A stretch of DNA of 64,000 nt from an uncultured Caulobacterales bacterium (GTDB taxonomy: Bacteria; Pseudomonadota; Alphaproteobacteria; Caulobacterales; Maricaulaceae). The stretch lies in contig CAYRIV010000014.1 of NCBI GenBank assembly GCA_964424575.1, positions 1,214 to 65,213 of the forward strand, written 5' to 3'. This document shows, piece by piece, positions 18,795-28,260 of this stretch. Below the pieces are notes generated by a model, which saw only the letters and a list, made by a program, of their open reading frames with translations, did not search any database and was not told the DNA's origin. Each line of letters starts with the position of its first letter. Positions within the stretch are counted from its first letter, which is position 1. Position numbers and translations under genes: made by a program.

Positions 18795-19361
18795 CTATTT
18801 TGACTTTTGCGCGCACCTTGTCAAAAGCTGATCAATCATTTTATCGGCCAGCATAGAGGATGGCTGTGCCGTGAGATTACCTTTTATGTCAAAGGCCGCG
18901 GAAGCATGACCTGTCCCGACTTGTGTTGGCACAACTTCTGCGCCCACGCGCATCAAGACATAATTGAGCTGGCGCATGCACATAATCCCGCTCATCGGGC
19001 CGGGTGTGCAGGACGCGATGCCGTAAACGGGATTTTCAAATTGCGCTTTGCCAGCGGTGCTGGTCCAGTCGATGGCATTTTTAAGAAGGGGCGGCAGGCT
19101 GCCGTTATATTCAGGCGTGACAACAATGATACCGTCACAGCTTTTCATTTTAGTGATGAGCTTTTTGACGTTAGCGGGCATATCTAAATCACCGTTATAA
19201 AGCGGTAGATCAAACTTTCCGAGGTCGATATCCGTGGTCTTGGCACCCGTCTCTTTCACGCGTTTTCGCAAGGCCCGCGTAAGCGTTTGATTAATAGACC
19301 CTTCGCGAATAGATCCACAGATAAATCCAATTTTAAAATCCGCGTTTTTAGTCTTCGCCAT
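18795..19361 (-). CDS. NAD(P)H-dependent FMN reductase family oxidoreductase
   Basis: Motifs are GFICGSIREGSIN and IIVVTPEYNGSLPPLLKNAIDW. Confidence 0.8.
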   Translation of the reverse strand: MAKTKNADFKIGFICGSIREGSINQTLTRALRKRVKETGAKTTDIDLGKFDLPLYNGDLDMPANVKKLITKMKSCDGIIVVTPEYNGSLPPLLKNAIDWTSTAGKAQFENPVYGIASCTPGPMSGIMCMRQLNYVLMRVGAEVVPTQVGTGHASAAFDIKGNLTAQPSSMLADKMIDQLLTRCAQKSK

Positions 19362-19373
19362 AGTCTTACCTTC

Positions 19374-19404
19374 TCAAACAAAAGGCGCAGCTGACGCCGC
19401 GCCT
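19374..19404 (-). terminator. Likely intrinsic terminator after pntB
   Basis: On the minus strand the sequence reads AGGCGC-GGCGTCAGCT-GCGCCT followed by TTTTGTTTG. Confidence 0.45.
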
Positions 19405-19438
19405 ATTTTATTTACGCACAAAGCCGTAATGAGTTCAC

Positions 19439-20848
19439 TCAAAGTGATTTAATTATCTCTTCGACCATTTTCTTCGCGTCCGAGAGGAGCATCATGGTTT
19501 TATCTTCATAGAAGAGGTCATTATCAATGCCCGCATAACCCGTGCTCATGGAGCGTTTCACGACAAGCACAGTGGCTGCTTTATCGACATCAAGAATTGG
19601 CATACCGAAAATCGGGCTTTGTGGGTCTGTCTTTGCGGCAGGGTTGGTCACGTCATTCGCGCCAATCACAAAGGCGACATCGGCATTTGCAAATTCAGAG
19701 TTGATGTCTTCAAGTTCAAACACTTTGTCATAGGAGACGTTCGCTTCGGCGAGCAGCACATTCATGTGACCCGGCATACGCCCCGCAACAGGGTGAATAG
19801 CATAGGCGACTTCGACGCCTTCTTCTTCCAGCGTGTCGGCCATTTCGCGAATGGCGTGCTGGGCCTGCGCCACTGCGAGGCCGTAACCTGGGACGATGAT
19901 AACTTTAGAGGCATTCTTCATGATGAAGGCGGCATCTTCGGCTGAGCCGCGTTTAAACGGACGTTGCTCTTTATCACCGCCGCCTGCCGCTGCGTCTGCG
20001 CCGCCAAAGCCGCCGAGGATGACAGAGATAAAGCTACGGTTCATCGCCTTACACATGATGTAGGACAGAATAGCACCAGAGGAGCCGACGAGTGCGCCTG
20101 TAATGATCAGCGCGAGATTACCGAGCGTGAAGCCAAGCGCTGCCGCCGCCCAACCCGAGTAGGAGTTTAGCATGGACACGACCACGGGCATATCCGCGCC
20201 GCCAATTGGGATAATCAAGAGGAAGCCGAGCAGCAATGTAATGCCGACAATTGCCCAAATCATCCATGGATCCGCGCCGCCTGATTTCATCAACATGCCG
20301 ACAAGCACGGCAGTTGCGAGGCCCAGCGCTATATTAATTAAGTGACGCGCAGGCAACATGATGGGCTTACCGCCCATATTGCCGTTAAGTTTCAAAAACG
20401 CGATGACTGATCCAGAGAATGTAATCGCGCCAATCGCCGCGCCAAGCGCAAGCTCAAGCAGGCTGAACGGTTTAATCCCTTCCGCCGTCATAATGCCAAA
20501 GCTCTCAGGACTAAAGAAGGCGGCAAGCGCCACGAGGACAGCCGCCAGACCCACAAGCGAGTGAAACGCTGCCACGAGTTGCGGCATGTCTGTCATTGGG
20601 ATTTTCTTGGCTATAAACGCACCGATGATACCACCAACAGCCAGCGCCACAGCGGTAAACATGAAGCCTGTCGCGCTCATGCCAGAGACAAGAAGCGTCG
20701 TCACAATCGCGATCGCGATACCAATCATGCCAAACATGTTGCCGCGACGTGAGCTCTCAGGAGAGCTTAATCCGCGAAGGGCGAGAATAAAGAGAATAGC
20801 TGAGACCGTATAAAGGACGGCCGCCATATTTGCAGAGAGATGGGGCAT
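19439..20848 (-). CDS. pntB: NAD(P) transhydrogenase subunit beta
   Basis: 469 aa with a polytopic N-terminal half and a C-terminal NADP(H)-binding domain (VIIVPGYGLAVAQAQH...GRMPGHMNVLLAEA). Confidence 0.9.
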   Translation of the reverse strand: MPHLSANMAAVLYTVSAILFILALRGLSSPESSRRGNMFGMIGIAIAIVTTLLVSGMSATGFMFTAVALAVGGIIGAFIAKKIPMTDMPQLVAAFHSLVGLAAVLVALAAFFSPESFGIMTAEGIKPFSLLELALGAAIGAITFSGSVIAFLKLNGNMGGKPIMLPARHLINIALGLATAVLVGMLMKSGGADPWMIWAIVGITLLLGFLLIIPIGGADMPVVVSMLNSYSGWAAAALGFTLGNLALIITGALVGSSGAILSYIMCKAMNRSFISVILGGFGGADAAAGGGDKEQRPFKRGSAEDAAFIMKNASKVIIVPGYGLAVAQAQHAIREMADTLEEEGVEVAYAIHPVAGRMPGHMNVLLAEANVSYDKVFELEDINSEFANADVAFVIGANDVTNPAAKTDPQSPIFGMPILDVDKAATVLVVKRSMSTGYAGIDNDLFYEDKTMMLLSDAKKMVEEIIKSL

Positions 20849-21201
20849 TACTTCGCCTCAGCTTTTGGCGCAGGGCGCTCTTTTTTCTTATACATGGCGA
20901 GCATGCGTTGGGTGACGAGGAAGCCACCGAAAATGTTGACCGCACAAAGCGCTGTTGCAACTGCGCCTGCATATGTCGAAATTTCCGACCCGCCGCGCGT
21001 CCCAGCCGCAACTGCCACAAGTGCGCCGACAATAATCACCGAGCTAATCGCATTGGTCACAGCCATAAGCGGCGTGTGGAGCGCTGGCGTCACTGACCAG
21101 ACAACATAATATCCGACGAAAATCGCCATAACGAAAATGGCGAATTGGAAGACAAACGGCGAAACGCCTGCGCCTGCGGCCATGATGAGCATTGCTGACA
21201 T
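20848..21201 (-). CDS. pntAB: NAD(P) transhydrogenase alpha subunit, membrane part 2
   Basis: 117 aa with three or four TM helices. It lies between pntAA and pntB, the split arrangement usual in Alphaproteobacteria. Confidence 0.85.
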   Translation of the reverse strand: MSAMLIMAAGAGVSPFVFQFAIFVMAIFVGYYVVWSVTPALHTPLMAVTNAISSVIIVGALVAVAAGTRGGSEISTYAGAVATALCAVNIFGGFLVTQRMLAMYKKKERPAPKAEAK

Positions 21202-21204
21202 ATC

Positions 21205-22335
21205 CTACCCCTTAAGTCTTTCGTGAACGACGGCGCCGTCGCGCGTCAGAGCACAGCCCTGAATAATTTCATCATCCCAATCTGGCACGTAAGCCCCGTC
21301 CTCTGCTGTCACGAGCGGAAGGAAGTTTTTAAGATTGCGCGCAAACATATTGGAGCTGTCCGACGCCATACGGCTCGGCCAGTTGAGGTGACCCACAATA
21401 TGCACGCCGTTTTTCGTCGTGACGATTTTACCTTTTTGCGCGCCTTCGACATTGCCGCCGCGCTCCACCGCGAGATCGACTAAAACAGAGCCCGGCTTCA
21501 TCGTATCAAGCATAGCTTTGGTCACAAGTATTGGCGCGTCGCGACCTGGGATAAGCGCTGTTGTAATCACAATATCCTGCTTTGCGATATGCTTAGCGGT
21601 CAGCGCGGCTTGCAGTGCTTGATATTCCGCAGACATTTGCTTGGCATATCCGCCTGCTGTTTCAGCGGCTTTGAACTCTTCGTTTTCGACGGCGATAAAT
21701 TTCGCGCCGAGTGAGGCGACTTGTTCTTTCGTCGCGGGGCGCACATCTGTCGCTGTGGTGACAGCGCCGAGGCGGCGCGCCGTGGCAATGGCTTGGAGGC
21801 CCGCAACGCCCACACCCATGATAAATGTCTTGGCAGGGGCAATCGTGCCCGCTGCCGTCATCATCATCGGGAAAGCGCGGCCATAGATAGAGCCCGCCTC
21901 AACTACGGCGCGGTAGCCTGCGAGGTTGGATTGTGACGACAGCACATCCATCGCTTGGGCGCGTGAGATGCGCGGAATATAATCAAGCGCGTAAGCCGTG
22001 ACGCCGGCTTTGGCGCAAGCGGCCGCGTATTTTGGATTGTCTGTCGGGGACAGCACGCCTGTAATGCCTGCGCCCTTTTTCATGCCCGCAACGAGCTTTG
22101 CGTCTGCGCCCGTGATGGACATGACAAGATCGGCGGTTTTCGCGGCGGCGGCATTAGTTGCGACGATAGAGGCGCCCGCTTCTTTGTAATCGGCGTCAGA
22201 AAAATCAGATTTCGCGCCAGCATTTTTAACAACGCTGACGCTGTGGCCAGATTTCACATAGCCTTTGACTGTCTCTGGCGTTGCCGCAACGCGCGCTTCA
22301 TGCCCGCCTGTGTCGTTTAGGATAGTAATTTTCAC
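21205..22335 (-). CDS. pntAA: NAD(P) transhydrogenase alpha subunit part 1 (dI, NAD(H)-binding)
   Basis: 376 aa. The alanine-dehydrogenase/PNT fold is indicated by the Rossmann motif IMGVGVAGLQAIATARRLGA. Confidence 0.9.
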   Translation of the reverse strand: MKITILNDTGGHEARVAATPETVKGYVKSGHSVSVVKNAGAKSDFSDADYKEAGASIVATNAAAAKTADLVMSITGADAKLVAGMKKGAGITGVLSPTDNPKYAAACAKAGVTAYALDYIPRISRAQAMDVLSSQSNLAGYRAVVEAGSIYGRAFPMMMTAAGTIAPAKTFIMGVGVAGLQAIATARRLGAVTTATDVRPATKEQVASLGAKFIAVENEEFKAAETAGGYAKQMSAEYQALQAALTAKHIAKQDIVITTALIPGRDAPILVTKAMLDTMKPGSVLVDLAVERGGNVEGAQKGKIVTTKNGVHIVGHLNWPSRMASDSSNMFARNLKNFLPLVTAEDGAYVPDWDDEIIQGCALTRDGAVVHERLKG

Positions 22336-22370
22336 GCGGGAACCACCTTTGAATAGAGGGTCAGGTCAAG

Positions 22371-22679
22371 TTAATTTGCAATCGCGGACAAGCCCAAGCT
22401 CGCAAGAGCAAAAACAATCGCAACGCCGATCACAGCGGCATACCATCCGCCTTTGAGCTTAAATATGAGTCCAAGGACAATCCCAAAGACAACAGAAATT
22501 ATGAGTGAGGAAAACCATGTGAGCGGAGTGCAAAACACAAGCGTTGGAAACAGCAATACAAAAGCAATCATACAGCCGCCATAAACCGTGAGGTTCATAA
22601 AACCCCCAAATGTTTTCGCTTGCGCCTCAACGGGCATGGAACCGGGTTTATAATCAGAGTTAGCAGATGCCATAATCAA
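22371..22679 (-). CDS. Small membrane protein with an aa3-type cytochrome oxidase subunit IV-like N-terminus
   Basis: AQAKTFGGFMNLTVYGGCMIAFVLLF resembles the COX4_pro_2 family, which often lies upstream of pntA in Alphaproteobacteria. This copy has extra C-terminal TM helices. Confidence 0.45.
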   Translation of the reverse strand: MIMASANSDYKPGSMPVEAQAKTFGGFMNLTVYGGCMIAFVLLFPTLVFCTPLTWFSSLIISVVFGIVLGLIFKLKGGWYAAVIGVAIVFALASLGLSAIAN

Positions 22680-22924
22680 ATCCTGTCATAAAAATAAGTC
22701 GGGTAACTACCACGTGACTACCCGACCCTCAAGACCTATTGGGACATATCTGACCAATTTTGTGGATGATTTGAAAATAATTTACCTCACCAGTTTCAAG
22801 AACTTTTACCCAATATTCACCATAATGCTTAGCGTCGTTTTCACGCTCTTGTCTCATATTGCAACGCTTAGAGCGGGATAAACCCGCCAAAGATACGCAA
22901 GCTGTATCGGGATAGGTGAATATT

Positions 22925-24376
22925 ATGGGTAAAACGGTCTTAATCGTTGATGATGATCCGACGCAAAGACGTCTTTTGCAGGCCGTTGTCGAGAAAAGTG
23001 GGTTCTCTACGCTGCAAGCAGACAATGGCGACCGCGCGCTCGAAATGGCGCTCGGTGCGGATAAAGACAATATTCACGTCATGCTGCTCGATTTGGTTAT
23101 GCCAGGTCGTGACGGCATGGAGGTTTTAGCCGACTTGCAAATTAAGCGACCAGAACTGCCCGTCATTGTTCTCACGGGTAAAGGCTCAATTGATGCCGTC
23201 GTTAGCGCGATGCAATCTGGTGCACGCGATTTTGTCGTCAAGCCCGCCAGCCCTGAGCGCATTATCGTTTCACTGCGCAACGCACTTGAGATCAATACTC
23301 TTGCGGGTGAAGTCACGCGCCTTAAGAAATCCTCTGATGGATCTTTAAATTTCAAAGACCTCATCGGCAACGCCACAACGATGCGTAGCGTCATTGCTAT
23401 GGGCGAGCGCGGCGCGAAAGCCAACATTCCGATCCTTATCACAGGCGAGTCGGGTGTCGGTAAAGAAGTCATCGCACGCGCCATTCAAGGGGCGTCTGAA
23501 CGTGCTGGCCAGCCCTTTATCACGGTCAACTGCGGCGCTATTCCTGAAAACCTCGTTGAGAGCATTCTCTTTGGCCATGAAAAGGGCAGCTTTACAGGCG
23601 CGAACTCTAAGCACCTCGGGAAATTTCAAGAGGCACATACAGGTACACTTTTCCTTGATGAAATTGGTGAGCTTCCGCTTGAGATGCAGGTCAAACTCCT
23701 CCGCGTCCTACAAGAAGGCGAAGTCGACCCAATCGGCTCAAAGCGCCCTACTCCAGTTGACGTCCGCATCGTCAGCGCGACAAACCGCGATCTAGCAGAT
23801 GCTGTTAAAGCAGGCACGTTCCGTGAAGACCTGTATTACCGTTTAAACGTCTTTCCAATACAAGTGCCGTCCTTGCGCGAACGCGCGGCCGATATTCCAG
23901 CGCTAACAGAGCATTTCATCAAACGCTTTAACGCGCAAGAACGCCTGTCTGTGCAAGGTGCGGCAAAAGAAACGCTGGATATGCTGAGCGGATTTGAATG
24001 GCCTGGTAATGTGCGACAGCTTGAAAATGCCATTTTCCGCGCGATGATTTTATCAGACGGCAACACGTTACAGCCTCATGATTTTCCGCAAATCTCTGGC
24101 CTTGCGCCGCAAATGTCAACGTCAACGACTGACACGCTACGCCTATCAGAGCATAGCGCCAGCACACCAAGTGACGACGAACCTGTCCATGTGCTGGACC
24201 GCGAAGGCCACCTTCGCACGCTTGTCGAGATTGAACGCGACTTAATTGAATTCGCGATTGAAAATTACTCTGGACATATGTCCGAAGTGGCCCGCCGTCT
24301 CGGCATTGGTCGCTCAACACTTTACCGCAAAGTACGTGAACACGGCGTCGACGTCGATAACGTACGCAGCGCATAA
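22925..24376 (+). CDS. Sigma-54-dependent Fis-family response regulator (receiver + AAA+ + HTH), TacA-like
   Basis: The ATG at 22925 is preceded by AGGTGA. The receiver reads [14 protein letters not shown]...LLDLVMPG...VKPASPERI. Walker A is GESGVGKE. The sigma-54 contact loop reads [14 protein letters not shown]...[13 protein letters not shown] is followed by a C-terminal Fis-type HTH. The TacA assignment is from memory of the Caulobacter protein. Confidence 0.85.
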   Translation: MGKTVLIVDDDPTQRRLLQAVVEKSGFSTLQADNGDRALEMALGADKDNIHVMLLDLVMPGRDGMEVLADLQIKRPELPVIVLTGKGSIDAVVSAMQSGARDFVVKPASPERIIVSLRNALEINTLAGEVTRLKKSSDGSLNFKDLIGNATTMRSVIAMGERGAKANIPILITGESGVGKEVIARAIQGASERAGQPFITVNCGAIPENLVESILFGHEKGSFTGANSKHLGKFQEAHTGTLFLDEIGELPLEMQVKLLRVLQEGEVDPIGSKRPTPVDVRIVSATNRDLADAVKAGTFREDLYYRLNVFPIQVPSLRERAADIPALTEHFIKRFNAQERLSVQGAAKETLDMLSGFEWPGNVRQLENAIFRAMILSDGNTLQPHDFPQISGLAPQMSTSTTDTLRLSEHSASTPSDDEPVHVLDREGHLRTLVEIERDLIEFAIENYSGHMSEVARRLGIGRSTLYRKVREHGVDVDNVRSA

Positions 24377-24396
24377 TATCTGTGGGGGATAGTAAA

Positions 24397-26139
24397 ATGA
24401 AAAACGTAACACTCAAAACACTTGCATTGTCATCAGTGGCCGTGGCCGCTGTCGCAATACCTGTCTCAGCCAATCATAACAGCCAAGGTCTGCGCGGCAT
24501 GTTCACTTCGCAACCTGCGAACCAAGGGGCTTATATTTCGCAGCGTGCTTGCGCGCCGTGTAATTGGCAGACGCAGCGATTGCAAAAGCGCGTGCAATCT
24601 TACGCGCAGCCGACTTATGTCACTGGCCAAACAAATGGCCTTGGGCTTCGTGGTTATTCGCATACGCATGAAGTGCGCGCCGCGCACCGACCTGCTGTCA
24701 ATATTCAGCTGCAAAACCCGCAAAGCTATGCACAATATGACTATGGGCAACTCGCACAGCTGGGTTACGGCCAAGGCCAGGGCGTCTCTTATAGCCCAGC
24801 GGCCGCACAGTCTTTCTATCGTGACCGCAGCTTCAATGTGGGCGGCGCGTCGGTACGCACGTCGGTCGCAAACTCGGCACGCATGTTAGATTGGCAAGAA
24901 AATACAACAGGCAAAGCGTTAAACTTGCTCGCCAATCGCGCGAATGGCGTGCTGGCGGATAATGCGCTTTATCTTGGCGGCGCAATCAGAGGCGGCTTTA
25001 TGTATCAAAAAACGGATACAGATGGTCAGTTCCCGCTGCTCTCACGCTTCCCGTTCTTCTCAAACGGCACAGATGATGAGGCAGGCGTCTTCGCCATTAA
25101 CAATGCCGCGCTCTCTTTCACCTCAACATATGGCGATTGGACGACAGTTTATTTACAGCCAGAATATAGCGAGACTGAATATGGCCGTTTCCAAGACGAG
25201 TTCCAACTTCGTAAGGCCTTTGTTGTCTTTGGTAACTTAGAGCGCAGCCCGTTCTATGCAGCCTTTGGTCGCAAGACGATCGATTTCGGTAATTTCGACA
25301 GTTATAATGCGTTCACGCACAATGAAGGCGCGCATTATTTCTGGTCAGTTTCTGATCAACCTGTTGCAGAACTTGGTTTCTACAAAGACGGCTTTAAAAT
25401 TGTCGCCTCCGCCCTTTCAGGCGGGCGTCAGCTTCGCGTGGCCTTTGCCGATGAAGATAATAATATCGCCAATTACGCCGTGAGCGCAGAGAAGGAATTT
25501 GTCCTTGATCGCCTCGGCATACGCGGCGGCGCGTTTACTATCGGTGGCGGCTATCTTCATGATACAATTTACCGCGACAATTTTACGGCTCATACATTCC
25601 TTGGACGTCAAAACGGGACACCACCTGCAAACCTGATTAATTACCGTAATAGCGCGGTTAATGCTTTTGCAGAATATAACTCACCGTTCTTTGATGCCAT
25701 GGTCGAATATACGACAACGCTTCGTCCTTGGGCTGCCGCTATTCCGCAAACGCCTGATGGTACGCCATTACCACAATATCTAGACGACCCAACAGGCTCG
25801 ACGACAAATTTTGACAATCTGAACTTTGATCAAAACCTTGAAGTGCTTGTCGCACAAGCGCGCATCAAACCGATGGTCGGCGGAAAGCGCATGGCGATTG
25901 CCGCGGTCGGGTCATGGGGTGATATCTCTGATGATTTTGGTAATCCTTTAACAGGCGCGACATTTGAGAAAAACCAACAACACGCTTTGTCTGTTGAGTA
26001 TCCAATCAATGACTATCTCGATTTCGGGGCTGAATATGTCTACAATAAAGGCTTTATTCCCTTTGTAGCACCGCAGCTTGTCTCTAATGATGAAACGGAA
26101 GCGCATGCTGTGAATGTTGGGTTTAAAGCCCGCTTCTAG
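24397..26139 (+). CDS. Outer-membrane beta-barrel (porin-like) protein
   Basis: The ATG at 24397 is preceded by GGGGGA. The signal peptide is MKNVTLKTLALSSVAVAAVAIPVSA. There is a Q/Y/G-rich spacer, then alternating amphipathic strands, and a C-terminal ...VNVGFKARF ending in Phe. Confidence 0.7.
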   Translation: MKNVTLKTLALSSVAVAAVAIPVSANHNSQGLRGMFTSQPANQGAYISQRACAPCNWQTQRLQKRVQSYAQPTYVTGQTNGLGLRGYSHTHEVRAAHRPAVNIQLQNPQSYAQYDYGQLAQLGYGQGQGVSYSPAAAQSFYRDRSFNVGGASVRTSVANSARMLDWQENTTGKALNLLANRANGVLADNALYLGGAIRGGFMYQKTDTDGQFPLLSRFPFFSNGTDDEAGVFAINNAALSFTSTYGDWTTVYLQPEYSETEYGRFQDEFQLRKAFVVFGNLERSPFYAAFGRKTIDFGNFDSYNAFTHNEGAHYFWSVSDQPVAELGFYKDGFKIVASALSGGRQLRVAFADEDNNIANYAVSAEKEFVLDRLGIRGGAFTIGGGYLHDTIYRDNFTAHTFLGRQNGTPPANLINYRNSAVNAFAEYNSPFFDAMVEYTTTLRPWAAAIPQTPDGTPLPQYLDDPTGSTTNFDNLNFDQNLEVLVAQARIKPMVGGKRMAIAAVGSWGDISDDFGNPLTGATFEKNQQHALSVEYPINDYLDFGAEYVYNKGFIPFVAPQLVSNDETEAHAVNVGFKARF

Positions 26140-26166
26140 CAAATTTGTGTCGTACACTATGTGGGA

Positions 26167-26195
26167 CCCGCCAGATTATATCTGGCGGGTTTTTT
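26167..26195 (+). terminator. Intrinsic terminator after the porin gene
   Basis: cccgccaga-ttata-tctggcggg is followed by TTTTTT. Confidence 0.8.
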
Positions 26196-26298
26196 ATATT
26201 AAATTTATTATTTCTTAACCCCAAGACTTAGGTAAATCTAAAAACCCGCCCCGTAATGAGGTCTTTAGAAGCACTCATAAATGTGAATAGGGATAGCA

Positions 26299-28170
26299 AT
26301 GGCTGATATTTTTGGAACTGAATTTAACGAAGTCATAAACGGGACAGACGGTGACGACGTCATCACAGGTTTGTCGGGTTACGACACACTCGACGGCGGC
26401 GAAGGGTCTGACATCTATGTCGTAACGCCAGGTGATTTCGTCGACCGTTTTGTGGATTTTTATAATGACACAGGTACAAGCGGCACAGACACTATCCTGG
26501 CCTCCGAAGCAGGCGTGACGATTGGTCTTGGCGATGGGTTTAGCCTCGCGGCGAGCGGTATTGAAGTTATCAATGGTCTCAGCGGCTCAACCATCTCTGG
26601 TGATAATGACCGCCAAGTCTGGGATTTCACAGGCGTTGAGATCCTCGGCGTGGATATGATTACAGGCCTCGGCGGACATGACGACATCACAGGCAGCAAC
26701 GGCGCCGATACAATTGATGGCGGCACAGGCCATGATATCGTCAGCGGCGGCAAAGGCGCAGATACGCTTTACGGTGCGGACGGCCATGACCAACTCTTTG
26801 GCGGTAATGGACGTGACACGCTCGACGGCGGCACAGGCAATGACCAACTCTTTGGTGGCAATGCACGCGACTACCTCACGGGTGGTGCAGGCTATGACAC
26901 ACTCGACGGCGGCAATGGCTCTGATATTTATTATGTCGGTCATGAAAATGCGGGGTTTGTTGACGAATATAAAGACACAGGCACAAGCGGCCGCGACGTT
27001 ATACGCGCCACAGCTGACGGCGTTGTCATTGGCCTCATGAGCGGCTTTGGCCCCAATAGCGGTATCGAAGTTATCTCATCTAATCGTCACCAAGACGTCA
27101 CGATCGGCGGCACAAATGACGCAGAAGTCTGGGATTTCTCAGCAACTAATCTGTCTGGTATTCGCTGGGTTAATGCGCTTGATGGGCACGATGTGGTCAC
27201 AGGTAACGCAAAAGGCAACCGCATTGACGGCGGCGACGGCCACGACACAATTGACGGCGCGGCGGGCAATGACTGGCTCAAAGGCGGCGCTGGACATGAT
27301 ACACTTCTAGGCGGCGACGGCAAAGACCGTCTCGACGGCGGCGCTGGCACGGACACACTTGACGGCGGCGAAGGGGATGACGCTTATTTCTACTTTACAG
27401 ATGCGAATGGTAGTTTTGACAATGTCACAGACACAGGCACAAGCGTAAAAGACCGTCTTATCGCCAAAGAAGCCAATGTCGAGATTGGCCTCAGCCAAAC
27501 CTTTGATGCGGCAAATGGCATTGAAATTATCTCAGGCGGGCGCAACGATAATGTGACCATTCACGGCGACGGTAATGGCAATAGCTGGGACTTCTCGGCG
27601 ATTAAACTTTACAATATCGACTCTATCCACAGCGGTGACGGTATGGATGTTGTGCAAGGCAACAACGGTCGCAACACAATTTACGGCGAAGGTGGTCACG
27701 ACCAGCTTTATGGTGGCCGCGGCGCAGATACGTTGCACGGCGGGAATGACTCAGATTTCCTCTTCGGTGAAGCGGGACGTGATACACTTTACGGCGATGC
27801 AGGCCATGACGTGCTTGAAGGCGGAAGCGGTCGTGACACACTCTACGGCGGCGCAGGTCACGATACGCTAGACGGCGGAACAGCGCGCGATATGCTGACA
27901 GGCGGGATTGGCAATGACATCCTCACAGGCGGCGCAGGCAGAGACACCTTTATCTTCGCCCAAGGCGATGGCCGCGATATCATTACGGACTTTGGTACAG
28001 GCGGCGATAAAGTTGACCTCACAAATTTCGGCTTTGAGAGTTTTGATGACCTGACGTTTATCAACAATGTTGATGGCGGTGTTGTCCTTCTACTCAGCGA
28101 TAGCCAGTCGATTGAATTCTCAAGCGTAGATGACATCGCGGATTTCTCTGCAAGTGATTTCTTAATCTAA
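26299..28170 (+). CDS. RTX-type calcium-binding secreted protein (hemolysin-type GGxGxD repeats)
   Basis: 623 aa with many GGxGxDxL/I nonapeptides (DGGTGHDIV, GGKGADTLY, GGNGRDTLDGGTGNDQLFGG and others). There is no signal peptide. The C-terminus (DTFIFAQGDGRDIITDF...DFSASDFLI) is typical of type I secretion substrates. Confidence 0.85.
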   Translation: MADIFGTEFNEVINGTDGDDVITGLSGYDTLDGGEGSDIYVVTPGDFVDRFVDFYNDTGTSGTDTILASEAGVTIGLGDGFSLAASGIEVINGLSGSTISGDNDRQVWDFTGVEILGVDMITGLGGHDDITGSNGADTIDGGTGHDIVSGGKGADTLYGADGHDQLFGGNGRDTLDGGTGNDQLFGGNARDYLTGGAGYDTLDGGNGSDIYYVGHENAGFVDEYKDTGTSGRDVIRATADGVVIGLMSGFGPNSGIEVISSNRHQDVTIGGTNDAEVWDFSATNLSGIRWVNALDGHDVVTGNAKGNRIDGGDGHDTIDGAAGNDWLKGGAGHDTLLGGDGKDRLDGGAGTDTLDGGEGDDAYFYFTDANGSFDNVTDTGTSVKDRLIAKEANVEIGLSQTFDAANGIEIISGGRNDNVTIHGDGNGNSWDFSAIKLYNIDSIHSGDGMDVVQGNNGRNTIYGEGGHDQLYGGRGADTLHGGNDSDFLFGEAGRDTLYGDAGHDVLEGGSGRDTLYGGAGHDTLDGGTARDMLTGGIGNDILTGGAGRDTFIFAQGDGRDIITDFGTGGDKVDLTNFGFESFDDLTFINNVDGGVVLLLSDSQSIEFSSVDDIADFSASDFLI

Positions 28171-28189
28171 GGCACGTCTTATAAATATC

Positions 28190-28258
28190 GTAGGGGAGTT
28201 CGTGATTGCTACGTTAACTCCCCTACTGACAATCCGCTCTCGCTGCGCTAAGCGGATT
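28190..28258 (+). other. Two strong hairpins between the RTX gene and trkH
   Basis: gtaggggagtt-N15-aactcccctac (28190-28226) is a perfect 11-bp stem. aatccgct-N12-agcggatt (28231-28258) has an 8-bp stem and ends 2 nt before the trkH GTG. Neither has a U-tract. Confidence 0.5.
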
Positions 28259-28260
28259 TC

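Noticed and set aside
22729-23070. 113-aa minus-strand ORF upstream of and overlapping the sigma-54 activator gene
   Set aside because: It overlaps the receiver-domain coding region in antisense and has no ribosome binding site or motif. The upstream part is better explained as the activator's promoter region. That region contains an 8-bp hairpin, gtcgggta-N13-tacccgac, which I could not interpret.
22680-26298. Sigma-54 (TGGCAC-N5-TTGC) and CtrA (TTAA-N7-TTAAC) sites near the TacA-like gene, the porin and the RTX gene
   Set aside because: A scan by eye found only off-spacing near-matches, for example TTAA-N12-TTAAC at about 26199. A near-match AGGCTGCACCGTGCAGG near 60390-60410, upstream of the SH3 gene, has its GG and GC elements one base too close. 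None is good enough to call.
28190-28258. Riboswitch (for example a c-di-AMP or K+-responsive element) in the trkH leader
   Set aside because: There are only two simple hairpins, with none of the conserved multi-stem junction sequence I associate with known riboswitch classes. I kept it as a low-interest structural observation only.
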